From an uncultured delta proteobacterium (GTDB taxonomy: Bacteria; Myxococcota_A; Polyangia; Polyangiales; JAFGIB01): a stretch of 64,000 bases of DNA. Positions 30,714-42,092 of this stretch are shown in pieces; the first letter of the stretch is position 1; every line of letters starts with the position of its first letter. The notes beneath the pieces were generated by a model. The model had not been told where the DNA came from, did no database searches, and saw only the letters and a list, made by a program, of their open reading frames with translations. The stretch is from the NCBI GenBank assembly GCA_963778655.1, contig CAVZVA010000009.1, positions 672,001 to 736,000 of the forward strand, in the 5' to 3' direction. The position numbers were made by a program, and so were the translations under genes.

Positions 30714-32540
30714 ATGGGCATGCTCAATTCCGCGGAGCTCACGGCCGCTGAGCGCAACGCCAGGGACGCGGCCACGGCCCGCGACGCCGTGCTTTCTGCG
30801 GCGCGCAGGCGGCGCGAGGGGATCGTGCACACCCCTCCGGAGCTGGCGCGCTTCGTGGCGCGCGCCGCGGACGACCTGCTGCGCGGGTGGCTGGGGCTTT
30901 CGCGCGGGCTCGGCGACGCGCGCGTCGCGCTGATCGATCCGGCCTGCGGGCCGGGAGCGTTTCTGGCCGCGGCTGCGGCGGTCGCGGAGCCGGGCGCGCG
31001 CCGGCTGGCGTATGCTATCGACCGCGACCCGGCGGCGCTCGAGCTCGCGCGCGTTGCGCTGAGCGACGAGCTCGCGCGCGCCGGCCTGCGCTGCGAGCTG
31101 TGCGCGCTCGACACGCTGGTCGCGGTGCGGCCCGAACAGCTCGCGGCCCGGGTCGGGGTGGCTTGCGTGCTGGGCAATCCGCCCTGGGTCGCCAGCGCGC
31201 AGCCGCCGCCCGCGGCGTGGCTCGATGCGCTGCTCGAGGACTTTCGGCGCGACGCGGGCGGCGCCCGGCTGCAGGAGCGCAAGCTCGGCGTGCTCGCGGA
31301 CGCCTACGTGCGCTTCGTGCGCTGGGCCTGCGAGGTCGCCCGCAAGGCGGAGCGGGGCGCGGTGATCGGGCTGGTGACCAATGGCTCGTATCTCGACGGG
31401 CCGGTCCACCGCGGGATGCGCGCGGCCCTGCGGCGCTTCTTCGACGCGCTGTTCGTGGTGGATCTGGGCGGCAACGCGCTGCTGCCGCGCGCGCGCGTGC
31501 GCGACGACAACCTGTTCGGCGTGCGGCCCGCGGCCGCGGTGCTGCTCGCCGTGCGCGGGCCCGGCTGCGACGAGACCCGCCTGGCAAAGGTGCGCTACTT
31601 GAAGCTCGCGGGCTCGCGGCAACACAAGCTCGAGCGGCTGGCCCGGCTCGAGCTCGGTGCCGCCGATTTCGCTCCGATCGAGCCCGATGCGGTCTACCAG
31701 CGCTTCGTGCCGACCGCCGTGGCGGACGACGCGTATCGCAGCTGGCCCTCGCTTGCGGACGCGATGCCGTTTCACCGCGAGGGGGTGCAGACCAACCGCG
31801 ACGCGGTCGTGGTCGACACCGACCGCGCGCGGCTGCTGCGCCGCCTGCGCGCGTTCGCAGCAGGCGAGCGCGCGCCCGAGCTGGCGCTCGCGGACCAGGC
31901 GCTCCCGCACTACGACCCGGAGCGCGCCCGCGCCGCGGTGCGCGCGGCGCTCGCGGCGGACCCCGACGGTACGCGCGGCGTGCTGTTGCGGCCGCTCGCT
32001 TATCGGCCGTTCGATCTGCGCTGGTTCGCGCCGATCGCGCCGCTCTGCCATCGCCCGCGACCGGCGCTGCTGGCGGCGGTCGACCGCTCGAGCTTCGCGC
32101 TCGTGAGCGTGCGCAAGGATCGCGGCGCCTTGCCGTGGACGCACTTCACCGCGGCCCGCTGCGCGATCGACAACTGTCTGCTCTCGACCCGCTCCTCGTG
32201 TCGCGCGCGCGCGTTTCCCACCCACGACCCGTCGGGCCGTCCGAACCTCTCGCCCGAGGTTGCGGCTGAGCTCGGGGCGCGCCTGGGCCGGCCGATCGAA
32301 TCGACCGAGTTCGCCTGCTACGCGCTGGCCGTGCTCGCGAGCCCGAGCTACCGCAGCCGTCACGAGCAGGCCTTGCGCGTCGACTACCCGCGCATCCCGT
32401 GGCCGCGCGACGCCAACAACTTCGCTGCGCTGTGCAAGGCCGGGGGCGAGCTGCTTGAGGCGCTGTGCCGGCCGGCCGCGGACGCGGCCGAGCGCGAGCG
32501 GTTGCGGGCGCAGCTGGAGGCGATGGTCGCGCGGTTTTGA
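30714..32540 (+). CDS. Type ISP/IIG-like N6-adenine DNA methyltransferase + target-recognition region, without nuclease/helicase
   Basis: HTPPELARFV, IDPACGPGAFL, VLGNPPW, YVRFVRWA, VTNGSYLDG..HRGMR, EGVQTNRD, AYRPFD, LRVDYPRIP. Confidence 0.82.
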   Translation: MGMLNSAELTAAERNARDAATARDAVLSAARRRREGIVHTPPELARFVARAADDLLRGWLGLSRGLGDARVALIDPACGPGAFLAAAAAVAEPGARRLAYAIDRDPAALELARVALSDELARAGLRCELCALDTLVAVRPEQLAARVGVACVLGNPPWVASAQPPPAAWLDALLEDFRRDAGGARLQERKLGVLADAYVRFVRWACEVARKAERGAVIGLVTNGSYLDGPVHRGMRAALRRFFDALFVVDLGGNALLPRARVRDDNLFGVRPAAAVLLAVRGPGCDETRLAKVRYLKLAGSRQHKLERLARLELGAADFAPIEPDAVYQRFVPTAVADDAYRSWPSLADAMPFHREGVQTNRDAVVVDTDRARLLRRLRAFAAGERAPELALADQALPHYDPERARAAVRAALAADPDGTRGVLLRPLAYRPFDLRWFAPIAPLCHRPRPALLAAVDRSSFALVSVRKDRGALPWTHFTAARCAIDNCLLSTRSSCRARAFPTHDPSGRPNLSPEVAAELGARLGRPIESTEFACYALAVLASPSYRSRHEQALRVDYPRIPWPRDANNFAALCKAGGELLEALCRPAADAAERERLRAQLEAMVARF

Positions 32541-32551
32541 GGCGGGGCTCC

Positions 32552-32640
32552 GAGCACGACTGCGACTACGAGCACGGGCACGGGCACGGCACGACTGGGG
32601 ACGGGGTCCGGGCTTCCCGTCTTCCCGGCTTGCTGTTGCA
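32552..32640. repeat. Hexamer run (GCACGG/GCACGA) followed by a family A arm
   Basis: GAGCACGACTGCGACTACGAGCACGGGCACGGGCACGG then CTTCCCGTCTTCCCGGCTTGCTGTTGCA. Confidence 0.6.
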
Positions 32641-32653
32641 TTTGCCCCGGAGC

Positions 32654-34735
32654 TCAGCGCTCGTCGCCGGCCGGCCCGCGGTCCAGGATTTCGCGCACCG
32701 CGTTGAGCAGCGCGTCGGGCGAGAACGGCTTGTGCACGTAGGCGGTGTCGGCGCGCAGCGCGGCCTGCTGCAAGATGGCGTTGTCGGCGTAGCCCGAGAC
32801 GTAGACCACCTTGATCTGCGGCCGCAGGGTCGCGAGGCGCAGCGCCAGCTCCGGTCCACTCATCTGCGGCATCACGACGTCGGTGAGCAGCACGTCGATC
32901 GCGGCCTCGAAGTGCTCGGCCAGCTCGAGCGCCTGCACGCCGTCGCTGGCGTCGAGCACCCGGTAGCCACCCTTCTCCAGGATACGCCGGGTGGCGATCC
33001 GCACCCGTTCCTCGTCTTCCACCAGCAAGACGACCTCACGCACCTCCGCCGCCGGCCGCATGGTCTCCGGCTTGTTCGGCGTCGCGGTCTCCTCGTCGAT
33101 GCGCGGAAGATAGATCTCGAAGCGGGTGCCGCGCCCGGGCTCGCTGTACAGCGCGATGTGCCCTTGGCTCTGCTTGACGATTCCATAGACGGTCGAGAGC
33201 CCTAGCCCGGTACCGCGCCCGACCTCCTTGGTGGTGAAGAAGGGCTCAAACGCGCGTACCCGCGTGGCTTCGTCCATGCCGCAGCCGTCGTCGCGGATCG
33301 TCAGCAGCACGTACGATCCCGGCAGGATGTCCTCGCCCTCGGGCTGCGGGATGCGCATCTCGACCTCGGCGTTGGCGGTCTCGATCGTGAGCGTGCCTCC
33401 CTCCGCCACTGCGTCGCGCGCGTTGACCGCCAGGTTCATCAAGACCTGCTCGATCTGCGAGCGGTCGGCCTTGACCAGGCCGAGCGGGCGTTCGTAGCGC
33501 GTGTTGAGCTGGATCTGCTCGCTGATCACGCGGCGCAGCATCTTTTCCAGCTCGGTCACGGTCTCGTTGAGGTTCAGCACCTCGAGCCGCTGCACTTGCC
33601 GGCGGCTGAAGGCCAGCAGCTGATTGGTCAGCCGCGCCGCGCGCTCGCAGGCGTCCTGGATCACCTTGACGTCTTCGCGCCCGGGATGGCCCTCTTCCAG
33701 GCCGTCGAGCAGGAATCCGGCATAGCTCCCGATCACCATCAGCAGGTTGTTGAAATCGTGGGCAACGCCGCCGGTCAGGTGCCCGATCGACTCCATGCGC
33801 TGCGCCGCCCACAGCTCGCGCTCCAGCCGCTTGCGTTCGGTGATGTCGAGCATGCTCACCACCACGTTGGCGAGATCGGCACGCTCGCTGGGGATCAGCA
33901 TGTGCAGCAGAAACGTCTTCACGCCGGCGAAGCCCTCGAGCGCGAGCTCGGCCTCGAAGCGCGTCGCGCCCTCGGCCAGCGCGACCAGCAGCTCCTGCCA
34001 CACGCTGGTCGAGGCACCGCGCACGATCTCGCCGAACGACTCCGGCAGATCACCCTGCCGGTGCGCGCCCATCACGCGCAGCGCGGTCTCGTTGGCCTCG
34101 AGCAGCGGCCAGCGCGCCGCCGCCTGCGCCACCAGCTCGGGCCGTTGCCGCAGCAGCGGCACCAGCTCGCCGTGCTGGGCGCGCAGGCCGTCGAGCCACT
34201 CGCGCAGCCGCCCGAGATCGGTCTGGCACAGGGCCACCGGCGCGGAGTCGAAGATCGCGTGGTAGCGCCGCTCGCCCACGTCGAGCGAGCGCTGCAGCTC
34301 GAGGTTGAGCTTGCGGATCTCGTGCTCGGCCTGCATCCGCGCCGAGATGTCTTCGTGCACCGCCGCCACCTGACGATCACCCAGCGGAATGGCGTAGGCA
34401 TTGAGCCAGCGCGCCGGACCCGAGCCCTGTCGCTGCCAGATCGCCGGCATGACCTCGCGCTGGTCGCTCACGGCAGCGCGCTGCCACATCGCCGGCAGGT
34501 TGTAGGAGCCCGGCGCCGCCAGGGCGTTCGGGAACACCTCCCCCACGCGCTTGCCCACCAGCTGCGTCAGATCAATATTCGCGTGTCGGGAAGCCTCGGC
34601 GTTGGCGTAGAGCAAGCGCAGATCGGCCGCGTCGTCACCCTCGGCCAGCCACATGGTGACTCCGAAGGGCAAGGCGGCAGCGAGTTGGGTCAGCTTGTCC
34701 ATGCAGGCGGGCGGTCTCGTCACCATCCCGCGCAC
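32654..34735 (-). CDS. Cytoplasmic hybrid PAS-histidine kinase-receiver (start may be 34726 or 34702)
   Basis: GGVAHDFNNLL, EQVLMNLAVNARDA, DDGCGM, FEPFFTTK, GTGLGL, LLVEDE, TDVVMP, KPF. Confidence 0.94.
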   Translation of the reverse strand: MRGMVTRPPACMDKLTQLAAALPFGVTMWLAEGDDAADLRLLYANAEASRHANIDLTQLVGKRVGEVFPNALAAPGSYNLPAMWQRAAVSDQREVMPAIWQRQGSGPARWLNAYAIPLGDRQVAAVHEDISARMQAEHEIRKLNLELQRSLDVGERRYHAIFDSAPVALCQTDLGRLREWLDGLRAQHGELVPLLRQRPELVAQAAARWPLLEANETALRVMGAHRQGDLPESFGEIVRGASTSVWQELLVALAEGATRFEAELALEGFAGVKTFLLHMLIPSERADLANVVVSMLDITERKRLERELWAAQRMESIGHLTGGVAHDFNNLLMVIGSYAGFLLDGLEEGHPGREDVKVIQDACERAARLTNQLLAFSRRQVQRLEVLNLNETVTELEKMLRRVISEQIQLNTRYERPLGLVKADRSQIEQVLMNLAVNARDAVAEGGTLTIETANAEVEMRIPQPEGEDILPGSYVLLTIRDDGCGMDEATRVRAFEPFFTTKEVGRGTGLGLSTVYGIVKQSQGHIALYSEPGRGTRFEIYLPRIDEETATPNKPETMRPAAEVREVVLLVEDEERVRIATRRILEKGGYRVLDASDGVQALELAEHFEAAIDVLLTDVVMPQMSGPELALRLATLRPQIKVVYVSGYADNAILQQAALRADTAYVHKPFSPDALLNAVREILDRGPAGDER

Positions 34736-34973
34736 AGGCGGCCAGGGCTCCCGTTCCCGATTGCCTCGAGCGGCAGCTCGGGCCGAACCTGCACCGGCGT
34801 GCGGCTAACGGTAGCGCGGGACGGTCGAATGGGTCAACGCGAACCCTGGCGACCGGCTCCGCCGGCGCCGAGAAGCGTCCGGCAACAAGAGGCTGACCGA
34901 CCGCCGCCCGCCCTTGGTCCCGATCGCTTGAGCGATTTCTCCTTTCGGTCCAGGCTCGGGCGCAGGAGAGACC

Positions 34974-37900
34974 ATGCTGCACATCGAAGGCCTGCCGGCG
35001 TTCAGCCCGGGCACGCTAGCCAAGAAGCTGGCGCGCGTGCGCCGCCGCAACGCCGAGGTGCTCGAGCTGTACGCCGAGCACGCTTACTTCGCCGACCTGC
35101 AGGCGCAGCTCGCGCCCGAGCAGCGCGCCGTGCTCGACGCGCTGCTGCGTTACGGCCCGCGGCGCGAGCGCAGGCCGCTTTCGGGCCACATGCTGCTGGT
35201 GGTCCCGCGCCTGGGCACCATCTCGCCGTGGTCCTCCAAGGCGACCGACATTGCCAGGAGCTGCGGCCTGTCGGCGTTACGGCGGCTCGAGCGTGGAGTG
35301 ATCTACGCGGTCCGCGGGCCAGTCGCAGACGAGCCGGCGCTGCGGGCGTGCCTGCACGACCGTATGACCGAGTCGGTGCTCGAGCGCGTCGAGCAGGCCG
35401 AGGCGCTGTTCGCGCGCGGCCAGCCGTCACCGTTCGCCAGCATCGACGTGATGGGGCAGGGCGCAGCCGCGCTGGCACGCGCCGATCGCGAGCTGGGGCT
35501 GGCGCTGTCGGACGACGAGGTCGCCTATCTGGTCGACGCCTTTCGCGCGCTCGGGCGCAACCCGAGCGACGCCGAGTTGATGATGTTCGCACAGGCCAAC
35601 TCCGAGCACTGCCGGCACAAGATCTTCAACGCGCGCTTCGTGATCGACGGCCGGCCCCAGGAGCGCACGCTGCTGCAGATGATCAAGCACACCAGCGAGC
35701 GCAGCCCGGCCGCGTTGCTCAGCGCGTACCGCGACAACGCGGCGGTGATGGAGGGTCCGCTGGCCGGCCGCTTCTATCCCGACCCGAAAAGCGGCGTCTA
35801 CCGCACCACGCGCGAGCCCGCCCACGTGTTGATGAAGGTCGAGACGCACAACCATCCCACCGCCATCTCGCCCTTCGCCGGCGCCGCCACCGGCTCGGGC
35901 GGCGAGATCCGCGACGAGGGCGCGACCGGCCGCGGCGGCAAGCCCAAGGCCGGGCTGTGCGGCTTCAGCGTGAGTGACCTGCACTTGCCCGAGCTGCCGC
36001 GGCCCTGGGAGCTGCCCGAGGACAGGCCCGAGCGCATCGCCAGCGCGCTCGAGATCATGCTGGACGGGCCGCTGGGCTGCGCCGCGTTCAACAACGAGTT
36101 CGGCCGGCCCAACCTCTTGGGCTATTTCCGCAGCTTCGAGCTGAACGCGCCCGGCCCCGCGGGGCGCGAGCGCCGCGGCTACCACAAGCCGATCATGCTC
36201 GCCGGCGGCCTCGGCAACGTGCGTCCCGAGCACGTGCGCAAACAGCGTATCCCAGCGGCGGCGCCGCTGTGCGTGCTCGGCGGCCCGGCCATGCGCATCG
36301 GCCTGGGCGGAGGCGCAGCGTCCTCGATGGCCTCGGGCGCGTCGAGCGAGGAGCTCGACTACGCGTCGGTGCAGCGCGACAACGCCGAGATGCAGCGCCG
36401 CTGCCAGGAGGTGATCGACCGCTGCGTCGCGCTCGGCGAGCACAGCCCGATCGTGTCGATTCACGACGTGGGCGCCGGCGGTCTGAGCAACGCGCTGCCG
36501 GAGCTGGTACACGAGAGCGAGCGCGGCGCGCGGCTCGAGCTGCGCGAGATTCCCAGCGACGAGCCCGGCATGTCGCCGCTCGAGCTGTGGTGCAACGAAG
36601 CCCAGGAGCGTTACGTGCTGGGCATCGATCCGCAGAAGCTGGAGCAGTTTGCCGCGCTGTGCGCGCGCGAGCGCTGCCCCTACGCGGTGGTGGGCACGGC
36701 CAGCGACGACGACCGGCTGGTGGTCGCGGACCGCCACTTCGGCAATCTGCCGATCGACATGCCGCTGTCGTTGCTGTTGGGCAAGCCGCCCAAGATGGTG
36801 CGCGAGGTGGCGAGCGGGCGCTTCGAGCCCGAGCCCTTCGACGCTTCGGGCATCGATCTCGGCGAGGCGATCGAGCGCGTGCTGCGGCTGCCGACGGTGG
36901 CTGACAAGACGTTCCTGGTGACGATCGGCGACCGCAGCGTGGGCGGGCTGGTGGCGCGCGACCAGATGGTGGGCCCGTGGCAAGTGCCGGTGGCGGACGC
37001 CGCGCTCACTTGCAGCGGGTTCGATGGCTTCGCGGGCGAGGCGATGGCGATGGGCGAGCGCGCGCCGGTCGCGCTGCTCGACGCGGCGGCCTCGGCGCGC
37101 ATGGCGGTTGCCGAGGCGATCACCAACCTGGCGTCGGCGCCGGTGGCCGCGCTCTGCCAGGTCAAGCTGAGCGCCAACTGGATGGCGGCCGCGGGCCATC
37201 CGGGCGAGGACGCGCGGCTGTATCGCGCGGTGCAGGCGGTCGGCATGGAGCTGTGTCCGGCGCTCGGGATCGCGATTCCCGTCGGCAAGGACTCGCTCAG
37301 CATGCGCACGGCCTGGCAGCACGAGGGCGAGGCGCGCAGCGTGACCGCGCCGCTGTCGCTGATCGTGAGCGCCTTCGCCTGCGTGGGTGACGTGCGGCGC
37401 GCGCTCACGCCGCAGCTGCGCGCCGACGCCGGGCCCTCGCGCCTGCTGCTGATCGATCTCGGCCGCGGGCGCAATCGCCTGGGCGGGTCGTGTCTGGCGC
37501 AAGTGTACGGGGCGCTAGGCAGCGAGCCGCCGGATCTCGAAGCGCCCGAGGATCTGAGCGGCTTCTTCGACGCGGTGCAGGCGCTCAACGCGCAGGGCCG
37601 GCTGCTGGCCTACCACGATCGATCCGACGGCGGCCTGCTGGTCACGTTGCTCGAAATGGCCTTCGCAGGTGGGCTCGGGTTGGAGCTGGAGCTGGCGCCG
37701 CTGGGCACAGACGTCGTGGGCGCGCTGTTCAACGAGGAGCTCGGCGCGGTGCTGCAGGTGCGCAGCGGCGAGCTCGGCGAGGTGCGCGCCGAGCTCGCGC
37801 GCCGGGGGCTCGGCGCGCAGGTGCATGACCTGGGGGAGCCGGTGGCGGGCGAGCAGGTCCTGATCCGTCACCGCGGCCGCGTGCTTTTCGGCGGGCGGCG

Positions 37901-38855
37901 CGCGGCGCTGCGCGCGATCTGGTCGGAGACCACGCACGCGCTGCAGCGCTTGCGCGACAACCCCGAGTGCGCCGACGAGGAACAAGCGGCTCGCTGCGAC
38001 GCGGGCGATCCGGGGCTGCACGCGCACGTACCGTTCGATGCGGAGCAGGACGTCGCCGCGCCTTTCGTCGCGCGTGGGCCGCGCCCGAGGCTGGCGGTGT
38101 TGCGCGAGCAGGGCGTCAACGGCCAGGTGGAGATGGCTGCGGCCTTCGACGCCGCCGGCTTCGAGGCCGTCGACGTACACATGAGTGACCTGCTCGAGGG
38201 TCGGGTCTCGCTCAACGGTTTCGCCGGTCTGGTCGCCTGCGGCGGCTTCTCCTTCGGCGACGTGCTCGGCGCCGGAGAGGGTTGGGCCAAGTCGATCCTG
38301 TGGAACCCGCGTGTGCGCGATCAGCTCGCGAGCTTCTTCGCGCGCACGGACACCTTCGCGCTGGGCGTGTGCAACGGCTGCCAGATGATGAGCAACCTGA
38401 GCGAGCTGATCCCGGGCGCCGAGCTGTGGCCGCGCTTCGTGCAGAACCGCTCCGAGCGCTTCGAGGCGCGCCTGTCGCTTTCGCAGGTGCAGGACAGCCC
38501 CTCGATCCTGCTGCGCGGCATGAGCGGCGCGCGCCTGCCGATCGTGGTCGCGCACGGCGAGGGCAGGCTGGAGCCCGCATCGGAGCAGGCCCTGCAGGCG
38601 CTGGAGCAGAGCGGGCTAGTCGCCGCGCGCTACGTCGACCACCGCGGCGCGGTCAGCGAGCGCTACCCCCACAACCCGAGCGGCTCAGCTCACGGCATCA
38701 ACGCGCTGACCACGCGCGACGGCCGGGTGACGATCATGATGCCGCACCCCGAGCGGGTGTTTCGCTGCGTCCAGCTGAGCTACCGCCCGCCCAACCTGGG
38801 CGAAACCTCTCCCTGGCTCCGCCTGTTCCGCAACGCCCGCGCCTGGCTCGGCTAG
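34974..38855 (+). CDS. purL: Phosphoribosylformylglycinamidine synthase (large single-chain PurL)
   Basis: [59 protein letters not shown]; 1293 aa; SD AGGAG. Confidence 0.98.
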   Translation: MLHIEGLPAFSPGTLAKKLARVRRRNAEVLELYAEHAYFADLQAQLAPEQRAVLDALLRYGPRRERRPLSGHMLLVVPRLGTISPWSSKATDIARSCGLSALRRLERGVIYAVRGPVADEPALRACLHDRMTESVLERVEQAEALFARGQPSPFASIDVMGQGAAALARADRELGLALSDDEVAYLVDAFRALGRNPSDAELMMFAQANSEHCRHKIFNARFVIDGRPQERTLLQMIKHTSERSPAALLSAYRDNAAVMEGPLAGRFYPDPKSGVYRTTREPAHVLMKVETHNHPTAISPFAGAATGSGGEIRDEGATGRGGKPKAGLCGFSVSDLHLPELPRPWELPEDRPERIASALEIMLDGPLGCAAFNNEFGRPNLLGYFRSFELNAPGPAGRERRGYHKPIMLAGGLGNVRPEHVRKQRIPAAAPLCVLGGPAMRIGLGGGAASSMASGASSEELDYASVQRDNAEMQRRCQEVIDRCVALGEHSPIVSIHDVGAGGLSNALPELVHESERGARLELREIPSDEPGMSPLELWCNEAQERYVLGIDPQKLEQFAALCARERCPYAVVGTASDDDRLVVADRHFGNLPIDMPLSLLLGKPPKMVREVASGRFEPEPFDASGIDLGEAIERVLRLPTVADKTFLVTIGDRSVGGLVARDQMVGPWQVPVADAALTCSGFDGFAGEAMAMGERAPVALLDAAASARMAVAEAITNLASAPVAALCQVKLSANWMAAAGHPGEDARLYRAVQAVGMELCPALGIAIPVGKDSLSMRTAWQHEGEARSVTAPLSLIVSAFACVGDVRRALTPQLRADAGPSRLLLIDLGRGRNRLGGSCLAQVYGALGSEPPDLEAPEDLSGFFDAVQALNAQGRLLAYHDRSDGGLLVTLLEMAFAGGLGLELELAPLGTDVVGALFNEELGAVLQVRSGELGEVRAELARRGLGAQVHDLGEPVAGEQVLIRHRGRVLFGGRRAALRAIWSETTHALQRLRDNPECADEEQAARCDAGDPGLHAHVPFDAEQDVAAPFVARGPRPRLAVLREQGVNGQVEMAAAFDAAGFEAVDVHMSDLLEGRVSLNGFAGLVACGGFSFGDVLGAGEGWAKSILWNPRVRDQLASFFARTDTFALGVCNGCQMMSNLSELIPGAELWPRFVQNRSERFEARLSLSQVQDSPSILLRGMSGARLPIVVAHGEGRLEPASEQALQALEQSGLVAARYVDHRGAVSERYPHNPSGSAHGINALTTRDGRVTIMMPHPERVFRCVQLSYRPPNLGETSPWLRLFRNARAWLG

Positions 38856-38889
38856 CCGCGTCCTCACCCACCCCCGCCTCCGCCCGTCC

Positions 38890-40125
38890 TCAGGTCCCTC
38901 TGAGCTTCGCCAGCCGGATCTCTCGCTGAGCCTCGATGTGCTTGGGGTCGACGTGCAGCACGCGCTTGAAGTAGACGAGCGCCTTCTTGGGGTCGCCCGC
39001 CCGCTTGTAGATCAGACCGCGCACGTACAGCGCGCGTACCTCGTCGGGCTCGATCTCCAGCGCCTTCCTGAGCGAATCGAGCACGGCGCGCGGTAGGCCG
39101 TCGGTGTTCGCGCGGTGCTTCTCGAACAAAGCGTGCCCGCGCAGCGCCAGCAGCTCCGAGTCCTCGGGCTCGTCGGCGAGCAGCTCCTCGATCAGGGTCA
39201 TGGCCTCGTCGCAGCGCCCGCTTTGCACCAGGTCGCCGGCCTTACGCGCGCCCGTGATGCGGTCCTCGCCCTCGGGCACGAGCGACACGGCGACGTTGGG
39301 CATCGCCGGCGGCGTGATCTGCATGTCGAGCGGCCGCGCGCTGATGCGCGGCCCAAGCGGAGCATCGGCCGGCCGCCCGCTGGTGCGCGGCGCCAGGGAG
39401 CTGCTCGTGCCCGGCCGCGCGGAGCCCGACAGCCCCGGGCGCATTGATGCCAGGCGCTGCCACGCAGGCGCCGCCACGCTCACCATCTGGCGACCAGGGC
39501 GGATGTCGACCTGGCTGCGGTAGGTTTCGAGATTGCGCTGCTCGTGCGGCATGATCATGTGGGTCACGATCAGCGCGTAGACCAGGCGCTCGGTGCGCTG
39601 TCGCGGCAAGGGACTCTGCGCCACCAGCTCTTCGGGCGTGGCCGGCGCAGCGCGGATGAGCTCGATCAGCGGCGCGTCCTGCGCCGTGAGGCTGAGCCGT
39701 CCCAGATCGCGCCCGGGTTGCAGTCGCAGCTTCTTGCCTAGGTAGCGCTGCAGCACCGCGCCCACCATGTCGTCGCGGGCGTGCTGCTGCAGCGACGCGG
39801 TCAGCAGCGCATACGGATCGACGGCGCCGCCGAGCAGCTCGCTCGACCCGGTCAGCAGGTCGCTTTCGAAAAAGGAGAATTCGCCCTCGAACAGGCCGCA
39901 CAGTGGCAACAGGCCGTCGAGCAGCGTCAGCGCGGGTGAGGCGAAGCGCGCCGCGACCGGTCGCCCTTGCAAGAAACGGATCTCCGCCTCGAGCGTGCCG
40001 GCCTCGTCTTCGATCAAGAGCGTGCCGCTGGTGTTGCGGCGGTACAGATACAGCGCGAGGTGGCCGAACGGGGTCTCGGCCAAGGTGCCTCGCGCGACGG
40101 GCTCGCCTGGCTGCGTCGCGCTCAT
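38890..40125 (-). CDS. DUF4388-like N-terminal domain + C-terminal TPR protein
   Basis: GTLAETPF..L..LYRRNTSGTL...F.QGRPV...GEFSF; ALYVRGLIYKRAGDPKKALVYFKRVL. Confidence 0.78.
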   Translation of the reverse strand: MSATQPGEPVARGTLAETPFGHLALYLYRRNTSGTLLIEDEAGTLEAEIRFLQGRPVAARFASPALTLLDGLLPLCGLFEGEFSFFESDLLTGSSELLGGAVDPYALLTASLQQHARDDMVGAVLQRYLGKKLRLQPGRDLGRLSLTAQDAPLIELIRAAPATPEELVAQSPLPRQRTERLVYALIVTHMIMPHEQRNLETYRSQVDIRPGRQMVSVAAPAWQRLASMRPGLSGSARPGTSSSLAPRTSGRPADAPLGPRISARPLDMQITPPAMPNVAVSLVPEGEDRITGARKAGDLVQSGRCDEAMTLIEELLADEPEDSELLALRGHALFEKHRANTDGLPRAVLDSLRKALEIEPDEVRALYVRGLIYKRAGDPKKALVYFKRVLHVDPKHIEAQREIRLAKLRGT

Positions 40126-40254
40126 GACCTTAGACCGATAGGATCTGCCGCGACGTCCAGCAGTGCAACGGCTGGTATGCGGCGCCAACGTCGCGAACCG
40201 GCGCACATCGGCGGACAGTGGGCCGGCGAGCGTGCTGCCGGCGGTGGGTCGCGA

Positions 40255-41793
40255 TCAGCGGTCCCCGCGCGCGGGCGCGGCATTGTGGCCCGACTCGAAG
40301 CCGGCCGCGAGCTGCGGCTTCTGCACCTTGCCCAACGCGTTCTTCGGCAGCTCCGTCAGGATCCGCAGCAAGGTCGGCAGCTTGTACGGGGCCAGCCGTG
40401 CTTTGCCCCAGTCGCGCAACGACTCGAGCGTCAGCTCGGCGTTCGGGTCGAGCACCACCGCGGCCGCGACGCGCTGCCCCCAGACCGGGTCGGGCACCCC
40501 CACCACCGCGCACTCGCGAATCGCCGGATGCTCGCGCAGCGTCTCCTCGATCTCCAGCGCCGAGACCTTGTAGCCGCCGGTCTTGAGAATATCGACCGAC
40601 TCGCGGCCGAGAATTCGGTAGCAGCCCTGCTCGCGCAAGGCCACGTCGCCGGTCTTGAACCAGCCGTCTTCGGTGAAGGCCTCGCGCGTCGCGTCGGGCC
40701 GGTGCAGATAGCCCTGAAACACACCTGCGCTCTTCACCTGCAGCTGTCCCGGCTCGCTGTCGCCCACGGCGCGGCCGTGCTCATCGACCAGCCGCACCTC
40801 GACGCCGGGAAACGGTGCGCCCACGTAGCCGGGGCGGCGCTCGCCGTGCAAGGGGTTTCCGAGCCCCATGCCGAATTCGGTCATGCCATAGCGCTCGAGC
40901 AGGGTGTGACCGCTGATCTCGCGCCAGCGCTGCAGCGTCGCGACCGGCAGCGCCGCCGAGCCGGAGACCATCAGCCGCAAGCGCCGGCAGCCGGCCGCAA
41001 ACGCCGCCCGCTGCGCCTCGCCCGCGGCTTCGAAGGCCTCGATCAGCTTGGCGTAAATGGTGGGCACGGCCATGAACAGCGTCAGCTCGCGCGCGCTCGC
41101 CAGACGCTCGAACACCCGGGCGGTCTCGAAGCGCGGCAGCAGCTCGCAGCACGCCCCGGTCCACAGCGCGCTGCAAAGCAGGTTGAGCACGCCGTGCAGG
41201 TGGTGCAGCGGCAGCACGTGCAGGATGCGGTCGCGCTCGCTCCACTCCCAGGCCTGCACCACGGATTGGATCTGCGCTGCCAGGATCGCGTGCGTGCTGA
41301 GCACGCCTTTGGGCTTGCCGGTGGTGCCGCTGGTGTAGAGCAGCAGCGCGCCGCGTTCGGGCTCGACCCGAGGCAGCGGCGCGACCGCGTGCGCGCGCAG
41401 CTGCTCGGTCGACAGCAGCAGCGCCCCGCGTTCCGCGGCGATCGGCTCGAGCGCGCTCAGCAAGGCCGGGTGCCCGACCAGGACCGCTGCCCGCGAGTCC
41501 GCGATCACGTGCTGCAGCTCTGGCCGCGGGTGGCTCACGCACAGCGGCACGGCCACGCCGCCGGCGCGCCAGATGCCCCACTGCACCAGCGCGTAGTCGA
41601 CGCCGGGCGGCGTCAGGAAGGCCACCGTGGCGCCGTCGAGGTCGGCGCGGCCTTCGAGCAGGCCGCCCGCGACGCGGGCGCTGTGCTCGAGCAGCTCCGC
41701 GTAGCTGAGCTGCTCGTGTGGATCGCACAGCGCCACCCGCGCGCCGTGCAGCCGCGCGCGCGCCACCAGGGGAATGCTCTCGTCGCCCGTCAT
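40255..41793 (-). CDS. Acyl-CoA synthetase, malonyl-CoA synthetase (MatB/ACSF3)-like
   Basis: YTSGTTGKPKG, LPLHHLHG, SGSAAL, ERYGMTE, FKTGD, KTGGYKVSALEIE. Confidence 0.9.
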   Translation of the reverse strand: MTGDESIPLVARARLHGARVALCDPHEQLSYAELLEHSARVAGGLLEGRADLDGATVAFLTPPGVDYALVQWGIWRAGGVAVPLCVSHPRPELQHVIADSRAAVLVGHPALLSALEPIAAERGALLLSTEQLRAHAVAPLPRVEPERGALLLYTSGTTGKPKGVLSTHAILAAQIQSVVQAWEWSERDRILHVLPLHHLHGVLNLLCSALWTGACCELLPRFETARVFERLASARELTLFMAVPTIYAKLIEAFEAAGEAQRAAFAAGCRRLRLMVSGSAALPVATLQRWREISGHTLLERYGMTEFGMGLGNPLHGERRPGYVGAPFPGVEVRLVDEHGRAVGDSEPGQLQVKSAGVFQGYLHRPDATREAFTEDGWFKTGDVALREQGCYRILGRESVDILKTGGYKVSALEIEETLREHPAIRECAVVGVPDPVWGQRVAAAVVLDPNAELTLESLRDWGKARLAPYKLPTLLRILTELPKNALGKVQKPQLAAGFESGHNAAPARGDR

Positions 41794-42092
41794 GCCCGCC
41801 GCAGTCTTGCCATCAAAGCGCCGGCTGCGCGAGCCCGCGTTTGCCGGGCGCCGCGGGGGGCGTGGCCCATGGGGCGCAATGGTATGGCGTTGCGGGCCGA
41901 GGTGTGCGCCAAGCGGGCCAGCTCCCGGTTTGGGCTCCGCGTTCGCGCGTGAGGCTCGCGCTGCGCGGCCCCGGCACCTCGTGGCTGCGGTATGATGGAG
42001 CGGACGCGCCCGCGGGGGCGCGGCATGGGAGCGCGCGTGAAGCCCTACGTACGGGGTCCGTCTCGGTGTCCGATCCGCCCGCACGGGGCGCG

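Noticed and set aside
34736..34973. ZTP (pfl) or PRPP riboswitch upstream of purL
   Set aside because: Consensus elements such as CGCCTGGG were not found; kept only as an unclassified candidate.
34974..38855. Horizontal acquisition of large-type purL
   Set aside because: Composition matches the flanks and there are no mobility signs; it cannot be supported without a phylogeny.
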